From Convolutriloba macropyga (Eukaryota), in contig NC_134478.1 in assembly GCF_964194025.1 (NCBI RefSeq), positions 19,654,001-19,718,000 on the forward strand: 64,000 nucleotides of DNA, given 5' to 3'. The notes below the pieces were generated by a model. It worked only from the letters and a program-made list of their open reading frames with translations, made no database searches and was not told the origin of the DNA. Shown piece by piece: positions 24,878 through 39,800 of this stretch (position 1 is its first letter; each line of letters starts with the position of its first letter). A program made the translations under genes and the position numbers.

Positions 24878-27800
24878 GTTGGTAAATCGTCTTTGCTTCC
24901 AAATAATTAAAATTTTCTCTCTTAAAGCAGCAACATGTATTGGTGTCATATGCTTGGTGTTACATTGTTTGAATGGGAGCAGTGTTATTTGCACTGCTTT
25001 TTTTCTTATTTTGTCATAAACCACTTCAGGATTATATTTTAGCTTGAAGTTCCAGATTTCATATCAGTTTACTTGTGATCAATCTGGCGAGGCAACTGCC
25101 ATCTAAAGGAATCTTGCCAATAAAATGGGAGAAAATTGCTTATTTTTCCGTGGCAGCACCAGCGTTGCTCATGGACAAAACAAATTTCTTGAAAATTTAA
25201 ATACTCAGAAAAACCTTGGTCTGCTCATCGCAAATGGACCTAAAATCGACATCTTGTGGCTGAGAGATGACGCGTAAATGTTTTTTTTTTTAGTTTGAGC
25301 AGCATGTTCCTTGGAGCACTACAACTGAGATCAAGCTTAAGTTCTATTAATTGGCGCTTTTAACTATTTTGATGCTTGCTGTTTTTGTATGTGCACCTCA
25401 CTTGACTCGCCTTACAGAATATGAAAAGTTCCAATATAGTGTTTACTTGGATACTTGGCGCACGTTTTCTTAAGAGACAATAAAGTCATTCTTGAAACTA
25501 AACTAAAAAATTCTACTCTTTCTTCAAATTTTATCTGGTCCCTACAGTTAAAATTTATCCGCGAGTTGTTATTGAAAGTGGAAAAGGAGGGAGCTACGAC
25601 ATACCTCAGATAATCTGTTCACATGCAGAGGCTGAGTACATAACTTTTTTCGAGAACACAACTTTTTTCGTTCGCGCATTAGTTTTGGTTGAAAAAATTA
25701 TTGAGCAGTAAAGAAAACTTTATTTTAATGATTCGTGCAATTTTTAATTGCTCTCGAACAAAAAAGTTTGCAGCATGTCTTTTTTTCTGTGAAGTTTTGC
25801 TTGACCGTTTTTGTGCTTTCGGCCTTGAACATTCTTTGACTTCTCGAATGACTTTTTCACGTGTTTTTCTTATTTTTTTCAGTTTTTTTTATTTTCAGTG
25901 GCGGCAATATTTTCTGCACCATTAACAATTTCCCAGCTACACCCCCTCAGAATTAAATTGCTCCCCCTCCGCGTGTCGTTCGAGACAATTTCATCTGAAT
26001 TCTATTGGTTTATTTTTGTTGCTCTTGTGGTAATTTTAAACAGTCTCTTGTACATTAGTTTTTGGTCTTCTGTCGAGCTAAAGTATCTCTTTAGACTTTG
26101 GCAGTTTAGTGCACTAGTGTTGGAAAAGCCATTCTTAGGAATATGTTCGAATAAAATAAATGTTCTATTGAACGCTGTTGTAAAAAGATTTGAGGAATTG
26201 CTTTTGGACGAAGTTTGAAGCAATTATTGTGAACATGTGTGCCTTTTTGTTTATATACATTTATTGTCATTATTCAAGTTTTTCGAGACATGAAATGGTT
26301 TCGAGACAGTTTTTTTGGACATGGAATAGTTTTCAACTTTTTAATATCACAAATTTTAGCAATTTTTTGATAAAACTTGCATTTTCAAGTTTTTTGAAAA
26401 TTTTTGACGTTTTTTAGGTATCTCCAGCCTCCAGAGCCAGGGTTCCTCCTCTAGGGCTTGACAATAGGTTACTGTATAGTTTTTAGATGTGATTTTTGAA
26501 TTTTTCTGATGTTCTGACACCACGGGCCCAGGGACCTTTCCAAGTTTTGATAAAAAGCTGCCGCATAGTTTTTAGAGCTAATGGAATCGCTATCAATACT
26601 TTAATAACTCAGTGGGCATTAAGTTCTCTTAGAGCCTTTCACCTCACTAGTCTCCAAGTATGCGATTCACAGAAACTGTTTTGGAGACTTATACTTATTG
26701 TGTGAAGGGCGGTTCTTAGAAATTGATCCCTCGCTGCAACCCCGCCCACTCATCAACCCCCTCCCCAATCCCCACCCCTGCAGATCGTTCAGGCCGTGAG
26801 GGACCCTTGCAGCCAAAGTCCCCCTCCCACCGTTGCCCCCCCCCCGGCTGCGCTCACCTCACGCCCCTTAAGTTAGGCTAAAGCTAGCCCCACTAAACTG
26901 TGGCTAGCAACTGACGAAGCCAAGCGCTCGCCGGTTGTTTGAGAGCAATTCGCCCGACGTTAGTCGGATATGTTGTTTTTGCTGCTGCTGCTGCTGTTGT
27001 TGGGGATTTACGACGAAGTCGATTTCAGCTGATCTCTTCCACACTCGTTAAAAAATCGTCCATACATTTCTGCATTTTTGGCTGTCGCAGCAGTTGCCAA
27101 GTGCAGGGGATCTCTTCGACAAGTTCGTCGTCGATGTATTTCTACATGAGTTTCTGGATTCGATTTTTCACGCTATCGGGTTTCACGAAATTAACTACAC
27201 AGTCGATGCTGTTCACAATGTTGAAAGCAAATTCATTTTGATTCTTCTGTAGTCTTACTTTCTTGAGATTGAAGAGCTCCCATTTCCTGCGTTCAGTTTC
27301 GTCAGATCTATGTGTTCATTCTCCTCATGGAGCAATTTGGAGAGCGCCAGATTATTCAGTAGAATAAGTTGACTAGTGTATGACGCCTGCTGCCCTGCTA
27401 TCCATTTCACAGCTTTCCGCTGGAACTGTTCAAAGTTGAACAGCTCAGATTGCGTGGGATTGAGTCAATTCAGTCCGTATAAAAGAACTTGTAATACAAG
27501 TGATTTGTATAGGCTGAGCTTTATTATTGGCTCTCGAATGAGAAGCAATTATAGTAAACATGTTTGTCTTTTTACGACTCGAACAGTGTTGGAATTCTAC
27601 AGGATTTTTTTTTATAGCTAGAGCAATTTTGTTCATGACTTGAATCTTGACTTCTTTCCTTTCGAACATTTACCTCTGTTTTTGATTGTTGACTTCGGCT
27701 TTTGAACATTGGATTTTAACAGTAGCTTAGTTTGTAATGTAAAAAAAGAGGTAGCTTAAAACTAATTTCAAGTAATTTGTTAATGGATTAGACGTAGCTG

Positions 27801-30800
27801 TTTTCTTGATGGCTTCTAATAGTTGCATGTAGTCCTCGCTAGGCTTTCGCAGCTCTTAAAATCCACTTGGTCAAAAATTTTGTAAAGAGTTTTCCAATTT
27901 CACTTAATGAATATTCGTGACAGTTGTACTTCGTCGACGTCTAGCTTTGCGGTGGTAGAAATCAAGATGGGATGGTGATCCGAATCGGATAGTCTCCAGA
28001 ACTGACCATTATAAGAATGCTGCCTGGACCTGCATACAATAGTAATATCGGGTTTACCCAATGATCTTGTGCGAGATATTTTAGTTGTATCACCGTTTTC
28101 CAGGGCTACAAATTTGTTGTCTTGAGACCACTCGTCGCTCTCATTGCCTGTAGCGTACTCTTCAAAAAATTTGTCCCAGATACTGTGGCCATTAATGTCC
28201 GTGATGACTGGGTTATGTGAGCTTGGGCAGAGTTGGGTGTTCGTCTTTGCTTCTCATATGTCCACATACTCTCGCGCTGGCGGTTCTACGTTATACGTTC
28301 CAATACGTAACATTTATCGATCCACACTCTTCTGTTTCTATCTACAAACTCAACGTGCGTCAATCCATATGCGGGTATCTTTAAACACTTTAGAAATCTA
28401 CTTTAGTAACTGGCCAGCTATTCTCCAGCCTTGTACAGTAATCTGCAAAGTTTAACTGCTTGGTTACTATGGGGGTGATGCTTGGTTAGCGTTACTTTTT
28501 TGGCTGCATTGGGAGGCTTGACTTGATGATATCCAAAATGCCAATGGAACTGAGACGGTTTTATTAGTACATGTTGGGTGGGCAAGCATCTTTACTGCAA
28601 TATGCACACGGTCATCTTTGACCAGGATTCGTCTCGATGTTGACTGCAAGTGAGATGCGACATCAGGATTTGATAGACTGACTCCCAAAAAACACGATGG
28701 AGAACGAAAGTTCTTCCAAAAACACGACGGGTGATAGCATGCTCTAGAGAATCTTTTGATGAGAATTGGCCTGTTGACGTGATCGTTTCCCCGTTGTCAT
28801 TACATGTCGTCAGGAACAGGTTTCCATGGCGACAGATATCGACGTTGCTTTTTTGACCTCCCTGAAGACCAGATTCGACTTATTTGTGAACACCTTGAAA
28901 AAAAGTTTGTGTTTGGTCCCCTTTAATGGTTGTGCAAAAACTATAGGCAAATTCTTTATTTTCGCAAAATTAGCAAGGGTTTTCCTAATCGTCGGTACTG
29001 TTAAGGTAGTCGAGAAAATAAGTCGAGATCTAACGTAAAGAAGTAAAAAGGGTCGAAATCCCAAGTTGAGAATTATAGACAAGGTTCTCACCTTAGCCTC
29101 GTTCTGGTGAAGGGTTATTCAATTACTACAATTTCTTCAATTTTTATGACAAAATTTATGTGGTTTACTGACACTACGAAAAGGCATTCAAAAGTCTTGA
29201 CATAATATTCTGGAAGAGACGTAAACAATCGGTATCCGAAGTAGAAAATTCTCAGTCTCACTTATCCAATAAAAAGCAGTCTGTATGATTCAATAAAATT
29301 TTTTAACAGGAAATTAGTTAGGAGTCCATGAGTTTAGTTTGTCGGCTTGTTCCACTTCGTAAAAGAGAACTGCAAGACTTGTAAGCTGTTTCCTGCTGTT
29401 TCGTCTGAACTTAATACAAAGAACTTCATAAAAAGCAAAGATTTTTTTCTGTGATATATGCAAATTAGGTCGGGAAAGTGGATGATTTAGTATTAATTGC
29501 CATCGAATTTAGTTTGCGCAATTGAAAACGTGTGTCTTTTTAATGCAAACTTTTCGCTGGACCGTTTTTGTGCTTTTGCTCTAGAACTTTCTTTTGACTT
29601 CTTTAGTGACTTTTTCAAGCTTGACCTCTTCATTTTGAGTGATCTCAGCTCCTCTCAATTTGAAATAAGAATGTTCTGTTGCTCTTATAGAAGTGAATTC
29701 GCGCGAAGGTGAGGTAACGACATTGTAGCTCAGTGGTTACGTGTCAGACCGCTATCTTACAGATCAGTGGTTCGAAACAGTGTCGTTTTTTTGTGCCCGA
29801 GAAACATTTTTAAGCTACATCCCTGTAAATTTAAGTGTCTCGCCAGTTGTTCGAGTGCAATTCATCCGAGGTGAGTTGGTTTATGTTATGGCCCATAAGT
29901 GATATGGTACTGGGAAATCCTTCAGCCTGTTTTATTAACGTTTAATCGGACCTGTCGCCTTGAGTTCCTCCAACTAGAAATATTTACAATTTAACGATGT
30001 GTACTCTCTGACGTTTTTTTGGACGCTGAAGAGTCTAGCAGAGATTATCGAAGCGTCTTCTCAAAATGAGAGACGGAAGACTATTCGGAAGTTAGACTTT
30101 TTATGATGCTGAAAATTTTTAATACAAGCGCAGGCGAAATAAATAGTTTTTCAATAAGCCTTGGATTTTCCGTCATCTTCTGTGAATCTATAGAACAGAG
30201 GAGAACCATGGGTTGTATACCTTAATAAGATCAATTGATGAAGACTTAACCACGAAATTCATTAAGACTAAGACAATGGTCATTAAATCGACGTGCCATT
30301 CTCTTAGGCGTTCAATTTGCTTGAGATGTACTGTTTACCGACGCTGTAATTTAAGCAGAAATTCATTGAGTGAAGGTTGATTAAGCAACTCTTGTACCAC
30401 CCATTAGATTTTTGCCCGTTGTTTTACAGGAATATTCAACGTTTCTTAAAAAAATGAAATTTGACCTTTCTTCTGAACTTCAAACCCCTCGAACCTCTAT
30501 TGAGGTAATAGAAAGACCCTGAGTGAAAACCCCACTAAAGCAGGATCAAAAGGGTTAGAGATCCCACTAGTCGTTCGAGATCAATTCGTTTGAGAGACTG
30601 TTCTCGCTCCACCGAATCTTCCTGTGACGAGAAATTTGACTCTCGCAAAATCGGCAATTACCTATATGAGGAAAACTTTGTCCCCGCAGGTTCATTTGTG
30701 AAACCCTAAACTATTAATAACAGGAAGCCTGCTGGTCAAAATTAACTAATTAGTCCTTTTGTCTTTTTTTGCATCAAGTGTAAAAAGTTTGTAAGTTTCA

Positions 30801-33800
30801 CGTGGAAAACGTAATTAGTGACACGATCTCCAGTCATTCACAATCAAATAGTTTTTTGTGAACAGTGAAATTTGTGGAAAATAAATTTGTTCTTTTTGCT
30901 TGTTTTGGTCATTTCTGACGCTTTATTAATTGCGCTCCAACGAAGTTCGTAGCAATTACTGTAAACGTGGTTTTTTATGCAAATTTTTCGCTTGACCATT
31001 TTTGCGCTTCCTAGCTGTCTTTGACTTCTCAGGTGACTTTTTCACGCTTTCATTCTTCATTTTTGAGTGATCTCTATTGCTCTCACTCCCAATTAAAGCT
31101 TGTTGCTAAAATAAAATCGATTGCAGCATAGCAACAAGAAGGGAACGATAGCCGAGGGGGCAGTGCTTCTGGTGAGGGAGCGAGAGGTGCATGGTTCGAA
31201 TCCCGGCGTGGTCAACTATTTTCGAACCCAAATAAAAATTTTCTAGGTAACAGCCCCTGAATTATAAATTGCATCGCATGTAGTTCGAGAGCAATTAATC
31301 TGACATTAGTTGGTTTATATTCTTTTTCTGCACTTTTGAGAGATGTCACGTCTACTATTAATTACGCAGAAATTCATTTAGTGACGGGTATTTTTGGGTT
31401 TTGGACCCCCCACTCTTTTTTCACCCATTTGATTTTCGCCCGTTGTTTGACAGCTATGTCCGACGGTCAATGGGTTCACGTCTCTTTCAAAAAACCTGCA
31501 TGTTTGACCTTTTTTCTGAATTTCACACCCCTCAAACATCAAGGTATTTTTATCCCGCTTAACCGCCTACTTAAGCTACTGGCTGTCTCGATTAATTAGA
31601 GATGAGATCTCAACCCCAGGGTTATACTATGTCAAATGCTGTCAAGATCAAAAGATCGAAAATTCACAGGCATAGGAAATTTGGGAGCAACGGGGTGTGA
31701 AAAAAGCCCATTCGTTTATACATAAGGTGTTAGGTGGGGAATTGTGAATACTATTTAATTGATCTCGAACAGAGTTTAAAGCAATATTTGCAATTGTTTG
31801 TGTCTTTTTATGCAAAGTCTGCTTTGCTTGATCGTTCTATACTTTTGAGTGACTTTTACGTGCTTGACGCTTGACTTTTTGCATTTTGCTTGGTCTACTT
31901 TTCTCATTTACACTTTTAAGCAGCTGAATTCAATCGAGGACTGTTTATTTCTTAAAAGTCAAATAAAAAGAGCCGATATTGGTGTCATTTTAAAAAAACT
32001 TCACATCTTAAAGATTATCTTTAAGTTTCAGTCTAAGAAGTGTATGTAATATCCTCTTTTGTTGTCATATAAAGGCCCTTAGTGAAAATCCCCCTGAAGC
32101 AGAAGGCAATCCCCCTGAAGCAGAAGGCACACTTGTTTGAAAGCAATTCTTCCGACCTTAAACGGTTATTTTTTTATTGTTTGTTCGAGACTTTTGTATC
32201 ATTTCGCTCCATCCAATCTTCTGGTGACGAGATTTGACCCTCACAAAAGCTGGACTTACCTATGTGATCAAAACTTCGACCGTGCGGGTTCTCTTGTGAA
32301 GGAATCGAAAACTATTATAAGCAGGAACCCTGCTGGTCTAAATTATCTACTTAATGTCGTGTCATTTTTCAGTGCTAAGTATAACAAATTTATCAGTACC
32401 ACGTGGAAAACGTAATAGCTGACTTTCAACGACACGATGACCTCCGGGCGAAAACATTGACAGCCAAATATTTTTTTGTGAACTGTGGAATCTTATTGGG
32501 TAATAGTTTTGTCTTTTTTGCTTGCTTTTGTCATTTCGGACGGTTATTATTTTCAGCATAGATTTTGAATTTTCTTCATAAAATTAAATCACCATGATAT
32601 TTTTAGATAGTCTACATGTTGATTTGTTTAATTTCAATACTGATTTTGAGAAATGATAGAGTTTTTGGAATTTTCTGTACTTCATTATTTATTCGGTGTT
32701 TGCTACCATTTTGGGAAGTTATTGCCATAGCATTCAAATCTAAGCCAAGTCCTAATTTTCATCAAAAATTGTTTTGATTTGCAACTGAGGACATGCTGTT
32801 ATTTTTTCTGTATTTTGATGAAATTTTCACTCTCTCACTTCAATTTTTCTTTCTTCCATAACTTCTTCAACACTGTACTTCAATAAAAATCTAAATCAAA
32901 CAAACTATTTCAACTCTGCAAAGTAGATTACAGCATTTTGTATGAAAACTTTGCTTATTTTCTAATTAGTTTCAGTGCTTCTGCTTTCCTTTTGTAGCCC
33001 TCATGTTAGTGGTCATATAACGTACACATAACGTACATCATATAACTAACACATAACCTACGTCATATCACCCTCCTGCTCCCAATTAACGTAAATAATA
33101 GATGCTATTATTACAATTCAAAGAATTTAAATTGTATTGGGGCGCTGTCTTTTTACGACTCGAAGAGGAGTATTGGAGAAGTCCTTTTTTTAATTAATTT
33201 TTGGAGTGAATTTTGAAGCGGGAAATGAAACGCGTGAAAAAATTTGGAGTGATTTTGGTGTTGAACAAAAGTGAAGAGCGGAGCGAAAAGAGAGTGGTTT
33301 TTGTTCACACCGCTGTTTTTGAGAGAGCGAGAAATTGATGTGTGAAAAATTTTTTTCTAAGCGAGCGATTTTTTTGTTCACGTGCGGCTTTTAAAAGCAG
33401 TTTTTTTGCAACTTTTGATGGTTATGAGGTTTGATTATGATATTGCATTAGTTTTAGGTTTGTTTTGATAGGAATTGAATGTTTCAAGTAGTTAATTTGA
33501 TTTTTAATGCTAATTTGGAGGTTTTTGTTCAGTTTTGCTGATTTTTAGACGAAATTTAAAGCTTGTTACTTAGATAACAATTGTCAGATACCAATTGACT
33601 AAACTTCTGTTGGTATAAATCATTTTTTCTAAGGAAAAATGACCGAAAAATTGAGAAATTTTAAACCATTTTTCCCATTTTTTGCAGTTTTTCTTTTTTT
33701 TAATCTTACACAAGTGTCTTACCCACCCTTTTTTAACTTGCCTATTGTTTTGCGAGTTTTTCATAGCTCTAATTGCAAAGGAACTTTATTCGGCTTTATG

Positions 33801-36800
33801 TTTCCTTGCACTATTAAAAAACCTCATTAAGTTTTTATAGTTTTTTCTTTCAATTTGTTTTTGAATGCCGTTTCTTTTTTTCCTTAATTTTTTTTATGGT
33901 ATTTGTGGAGGTTTAGGTTTTACAATATTTGTTCTAGTTGTTTAGTAATAAGTATGGGCAATTTTGGAAATGATTCATTTTTTTGTTGAGAAATATGACA
34001 AAAAATGTCGAAAATTGTAACTTTTTGTCTTAATTTTTTTCTTTGCAGTTTTCCGGTTTTTTTTCTGTTTTTTGAGACAAGTTTTTAAGACTATTATGAC
34101 TTGTCTATTGTTTTGCGAGCATCTGGATGCCCTTTTGGCTGAAAAGAATTTTTTTGGATTCATATGCTTTTGTAATATTAAGAAATTTACTAACTTTTTC
34201 CAGTTTTTTGGTGCAAGTTGTTTTTAATAAGCTTTCTTAATAGCTTTTTTTTCATAATTTGGCCTCAAGTATTTTAAAACATTCACTTAAGTGGTTTTTA
34301 GTAGGTACTAGTTGTTTTAATGGCAGAGATAGTTATTTCGGGATCTCAAGTTATGACAAAATTTGATCAGATTTTATCATATTTCAACAGATTTGATTGT
34401 TTTGTTTTATGGTTTGTTTGCTTTTGAGAAAATCATAAATTAGTGGAGGCAAGTTTTTTGATGAGTAGTTGGATGGCGGTTAAATAGATATTCACTTCGA
34501 GTTGTTTCCGGAATTCTTCCGGCTATGTTTTTTTTTTAAGATCTGTTCACACATTTTCATGATTTTTGAAGTCAAATTGGAGTAGTGATTTTGGTCACAC
34601 CGAAACAGGAATTGGAGCGAAAAAGCGAGTGGTTTTGCGGCGTGAATTTTTTTCGCTCTAATTTTAAAGTAGAGTGAGAAAACGGTGTTTGAACAAAAAT
34701 TCGGTTTCTCGGTAGTGGTTTTTTGTTCACATGCGGCAATTTCACTCTAATTTTTACTGTTTTTTCGATTTTTCGAATCGGATTTTTTTCTAAATGGTTT
34801 TCCCAATCCATTCACAGCTCATTCTAGGCCTAGTTTTTTGTTTGAATTAAATTTTCATTTCTCGCTAGTGGTTTTTTTTGTTCACATGCGGCATTTTGAC
34901 ATTGATTTTCTGTTTTTTTTTCTTATTTTTTTAATCTGATTTTTAAAAAATGGTTTTCTGATTTCACTCATAGTCCATTCTAGGTCTAGTTTTTCTGTTT
35001 AGTCAATGAAAATTCTTTGAATTGTACGTCAGGACTTGTCCTGCTATGTTTTTATACCTTATTTTCATAGCTATTAGCATTTTCGATGGAAAGAAACAGA
35101 ACGCGTTCGTGTCGCAGGGAGTCTCAATTTCTTAACTTCATATTGTTTATACTCGTAAGTTTTTAAGTGAGGTGAGTGAGTGGTATCCCATGGCTTTATT
35201 TGCTTAGATATATTCGGAAAAGGACTGCCTGAAGGACACAGGAATTGAGTTGCATCTGGGATTTGAGAGCACTGGTGGCGCAGTTGGCCTAAACGAACTA
35301 AAGTTTGTACGACTCATCGTACAAGATGAATTTACTTTTGAGTACTTCATTCACAAAATAGACTATTTTGACAACCCCAATACAATCCGCAATTCGGGAG
35401 ATTTCCAGCCACATGACGGAGTCAAGTGCGAATCTCTGCACATGGGCGGAGAGTATTCAAAGAGTGTCGAAATGAAATGGCCCGCTCACTTGAGCATGTC
35501 TTCGGAATACGTTGATTACAAAAAGAAGGAGGTTTCCTACTTGGATGAGCTATACAGTTTTGATGACAATTTGTCCAAAATCAACTTCCGAGGCGTGGAT
35601 CTGACTGTTGAGATGACCGATGACGGCGAATCTGTCGACGATATCCATGAAACATCGAGCAGCGTTATTGTAGACCATAACTCGCAGCTAGCATTTATCA
35701 ATATGGAGGGTAAATGCAGGATTATCTCCGCGAACAGGATGAAATTCTTACGACACGGGATATACGCTGAGAATAAGTTACCAACGATGGAACATCCACT
35801 TGAAATGTTCAAGTTCAACGAAACCATGTCGTACAAAGGCTTCTGCGAGGATGCATTTGGGGTGCCTGGGAAACTGTACCTTTCTAAGTCTTCCGGAGGG
35901 GACGATGACGAGTTTTGTGTTGCAAATAACGAACACGAAGGTGGATGGGAAGTTGGAGCTGTCGATGTTTCGGAAGAGTGAGTACTTCTATTTACACAAT
36001 AATAACTTAAAGGGTAATTTCAACTGATAACAGGTGCTGTTTATAATTAATCACCAATTTTACATTTTTTTGATGGTTAAGTATTATTGATACGATTATT
36101 GACACCAGTTTTATAATTACACGAGAAAACTGAGTTAGGTTCTGGAGCAGTAAATAGTTTTTGAGCCATTCATGAACAGAATGTATGAATATTGCATGAA
36201 CGAATGAATTGAAATAATCAGGGACAGTACATTTTAGTTTTTATAAGTACTGCCTGGATGGATTACAACAGAAAAGTACATCTCATTGAGTGGTAACACA
36301 AGAAGAACACATAAAATAAAATTTAGCGAGATTCAACTAATAGGTTTTGGGCTATTTTTAGAAATAAGATAAGTTTTTCTCAGAACATATCTGAACACTG
36401 AATACTGTTGTGTTGAGGGAAAATAATTCATCCAGGTGCAAAATGTGTTTAATGATATGCTGACAATGCCATTAATTTTTGCATTGGACAGATTTAGTAT
36501 AATGCCATAGTCTGAAAGAGGCATAACTTGCCTAGATTCATGGACCATTATGATAACTTGCTGCGATTGCTGTTGTAAAATCTTATTTCATTAAACTGGA
36601 ATGGTCTTCTCTGTTCAGCTTTATGGTTCCGATGTGGATGTCAGAATACGGGTATCAACAACAAGAGGGAGAAACAACTCCGGAGAGTCACATGGTCGAG
36701 TCAACCACCAATTTTCTGGATGTCTCCAACAAGCGTGCTATGCTGGATGCCTTCGATGTCTCCCATTGCTTCAAATCAGACCATATCAAGTACTACGTCC

Positions 36801-39800
36801 TGTTAGCTAACAAGAAGTCGAACGGCACTTTTCAGAACAGAGATGACGATGACGATAAAACATATCACCATGAAATTTGCATATCAGCCAAGCCTATGGG
36901 CGGAAAACCAACAAAACCAGTCTGCAGCTACCTGGAAAGTGACACGCAAAATGTGGTAAGCTGTCTTTACTTTTTTGTGGCTGCGAAGCTGAGCGTAGCT
37001 ATATTGCGGTGATCTTGGTTTGTTTTTGCTATTCAAAGACTTTAAATTGTATTGGGGCGCTGTCATTTTTAAAGATCTGTTTAATAGCTGCCGTCATCTT
37101 CGTAGTCGGCTGTTATTGCGCTCCTAATCTTTACGGTTCGAAGAAGAGTTGTGGTGCTCACCCCTCCCCCACGTCATCACCCAACTTCACCTCTCCCCGA
37201 TATCACCCCCACTCGCCACCGCCTGCACGTCGTTATTCCCGTTACCCAGCACGCTCGATCCACGTAACCGATTAAAGTCGCACGAATTGCTCTCAAACGA
37301 CTGGCGAGCGGATGGCTTCATCAGAAGCTAGCTGCGGTTTACGGATGCTAGCTTTGGCTTAATTGAAGGGGTGTGAGGTGAGTGTTGCAGCGGGGCGGGC
37401 TGCCTCCGTAAACCGCAGCTGGCTACTGATGAAGCCATCCGCTCGCCAGTCGTTTGAGAGCAATTGGCTCGACCTTAATCGATTACGTTTTTGATCGGTT
37501 ATTTTTCTGGAGTGTATTTAAAACAGGAGGTGAACTGCGCGAAAACCAAGTGTTTCAGTCAAATTGCTAAAGGGCAGAGAGAAGAGAGACTGGTTTTCTG
37601 TTCATGTCACGTTTTAGAGAGCGAGAGAAGGTGTGAAAATTTTCTTGCTAAGCGGTCAATTTTTGTTATCACCTGCGGCTTTTTCAAAGGAGCTTTTTTT
37701 TAGATTAATTCCATCTTTTTCAGTGAAAGAAGTTTCTAGTGTTTACCTAAACTAGTAAAAGTGCATTTAAACGCATTTTTGAGCATCTGAAGCAAATAAT
37801 AAGTTTAAATTTCAGTTTTAAGCCTTTTCACCATTTTCCTATTTTGGACGCTTATTCAACAGTTTTTGTATTCCTCTTCAAATTTTTATAGCATTTGGGT
37901 TGGGGATTCTTTGCGTCAAGTTGTTGAACTTGTTTTGGTTGCCTTCGGGTATAATTGATGTTAATTTTGATTGTTTTATTAAAGCTAATTGAGTAATTTC
38001 AAGCAAGTTTTGGCCAATTGTCGTTTGCCTTTTTACGTTTTATATACGTTTCTCCTGATCTTAAGCTTCTCGCTGTAGTATGTTCCCCCAATATTTAGTT
38101 CAGAACAATTTTGCAGGTTTTGCTCGATGAGGTTGGATGGCGCCATTGAAGGTAAGACGGGGCACTTTTCCTGAAATAAATAGAAATTTCTTATTTTTTC
38201 GTTCTTTGCATTTTTGCTGTTTGATGTATTCCTGCCAGGTGTTCGGCAGGTAAATGCCTGAGCAAAAAAATTCTCAATGGATAATAAAATAATGGATTTG
38301 AAGTGGCTTTAAAGCATTTTTTGGGTAGTTTTTTTAGAGGATCTTAGTTTTTGACTTTGCCCTTCAGTTCTATTTCTTATAGTCTTATAGTTTTCTCAAT
38401 ATGAACTGTTATGGTTTTTCTGTCATTTGGTAGTGGTTTATTGAACGAAAACTAATCATGTCGCGCAATTTTTTTGCTAGTATTGTTCAGATGCTTCATC
38501 AATCGTCAGATGAGCATCATCAGTTGTCAGATACTTATCCATTGTCACTTTGCCTGTTATATCAAAATGATTAGCATAATTAAATAGGAGGTTCATTATG
38601 TCGTTGAGGTTGGTCAATGCGAGTCGTTTCTGGAATTAATTCGGCTATGTTTTGGTTTGGAGTGTTTTTAATGACGGATTAGAAGTGCATTCAAATCTCA
38701 TGATAAGATCACAGTATGAAATACTTCCATTTGAATACCTTTTTGAATTAAAGAAGCTGCTTACTTGCCCGAAATTTTATGAAGAGCTCCAGCTTTCAAC
38801 AAATTAGTGATTCCTACACTGCGTTACCGAAAAAAAAAACAACGGACAAATTTCCTCCATTTCGACGTCAAATACAAATCACGTTAGCTTAAGAACTGTT
38901 CTTTTTCGTCAGAGCTATAGTTTCTTGGAATCGCTTCATCATATATCCAATTAGTAATAATCTTAAGTTTCGAACTACAAAATCAGGGCCCATTTCTTTA
39001 ATTAATTACAAACTTTTCATAACCTATGTTATGGGAGCCTATAATGGAGAGACTTTTAATTCAGTAAATGTTGATATATTCGATACGTTTTGTCTACAAC
39101 TAAATGCTTTTTTTAACATTTACCCGAAACTCCTATTGACATGGAAATTTATCTGTCATTGGAATTAAAGTGTTGTTTTTTTAGTATATATCACAATTTT
39201 AGAGAAGCGCTTAGTTAAGCTCGATCGAAATTTTTGTTTTGGAGTTTCTGGCATATTTTGAGCTAAGAATTATCTTCATGAGAATCTATATGTTAGTTTA
39301 TCTTTTTTTTTGTACAGATTCCAATTTTATGAATAGTATTTCCTAAGTGTTCTTTTTACAATTGATTCTTGTTCTATGCAACTTTTTTCAAAATATTATA
39401 TAGTATTGTTTGACGTTTTTTCTTGGAGGTACTGAAAAATAGTTCTCAGACATTTTTGATTATTCCAGTGATGGTCTTCAGTTAATTTTTTTATTCATTT
39501 CCTTATCTTAGTCTTGTTTGGCAGTGTCTTCGTCCGCCTGACTTTACTTATCGATAGGCGTCTGTGGTGCAGCTGTTGAACCTTGGTGTGGTATGATCTA
39601 AATTGGTCTCATTTAAAATTTTAATTTGCTGAATTCAGCTGCACGTGATAATTGAAGTCGGTTAATTACTGCTAAAAGTTAAACTAGAAATGCACCAAAT
39701 ATACTTTAATGAATTTTACTTGAAAATGTAAATCAGTCAATTTGAAAGGAATGAATTCGATTGTTCATTTAAAGCAACCGATTCAAGGTCTACCAGCCAA

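Noticed and set aside
28700-30330. Additional minus-strand LINE RT remnant
   Set aside because: Only faint similarity (e.g. LYVRSRLIFS). Too degraded to support by eye.
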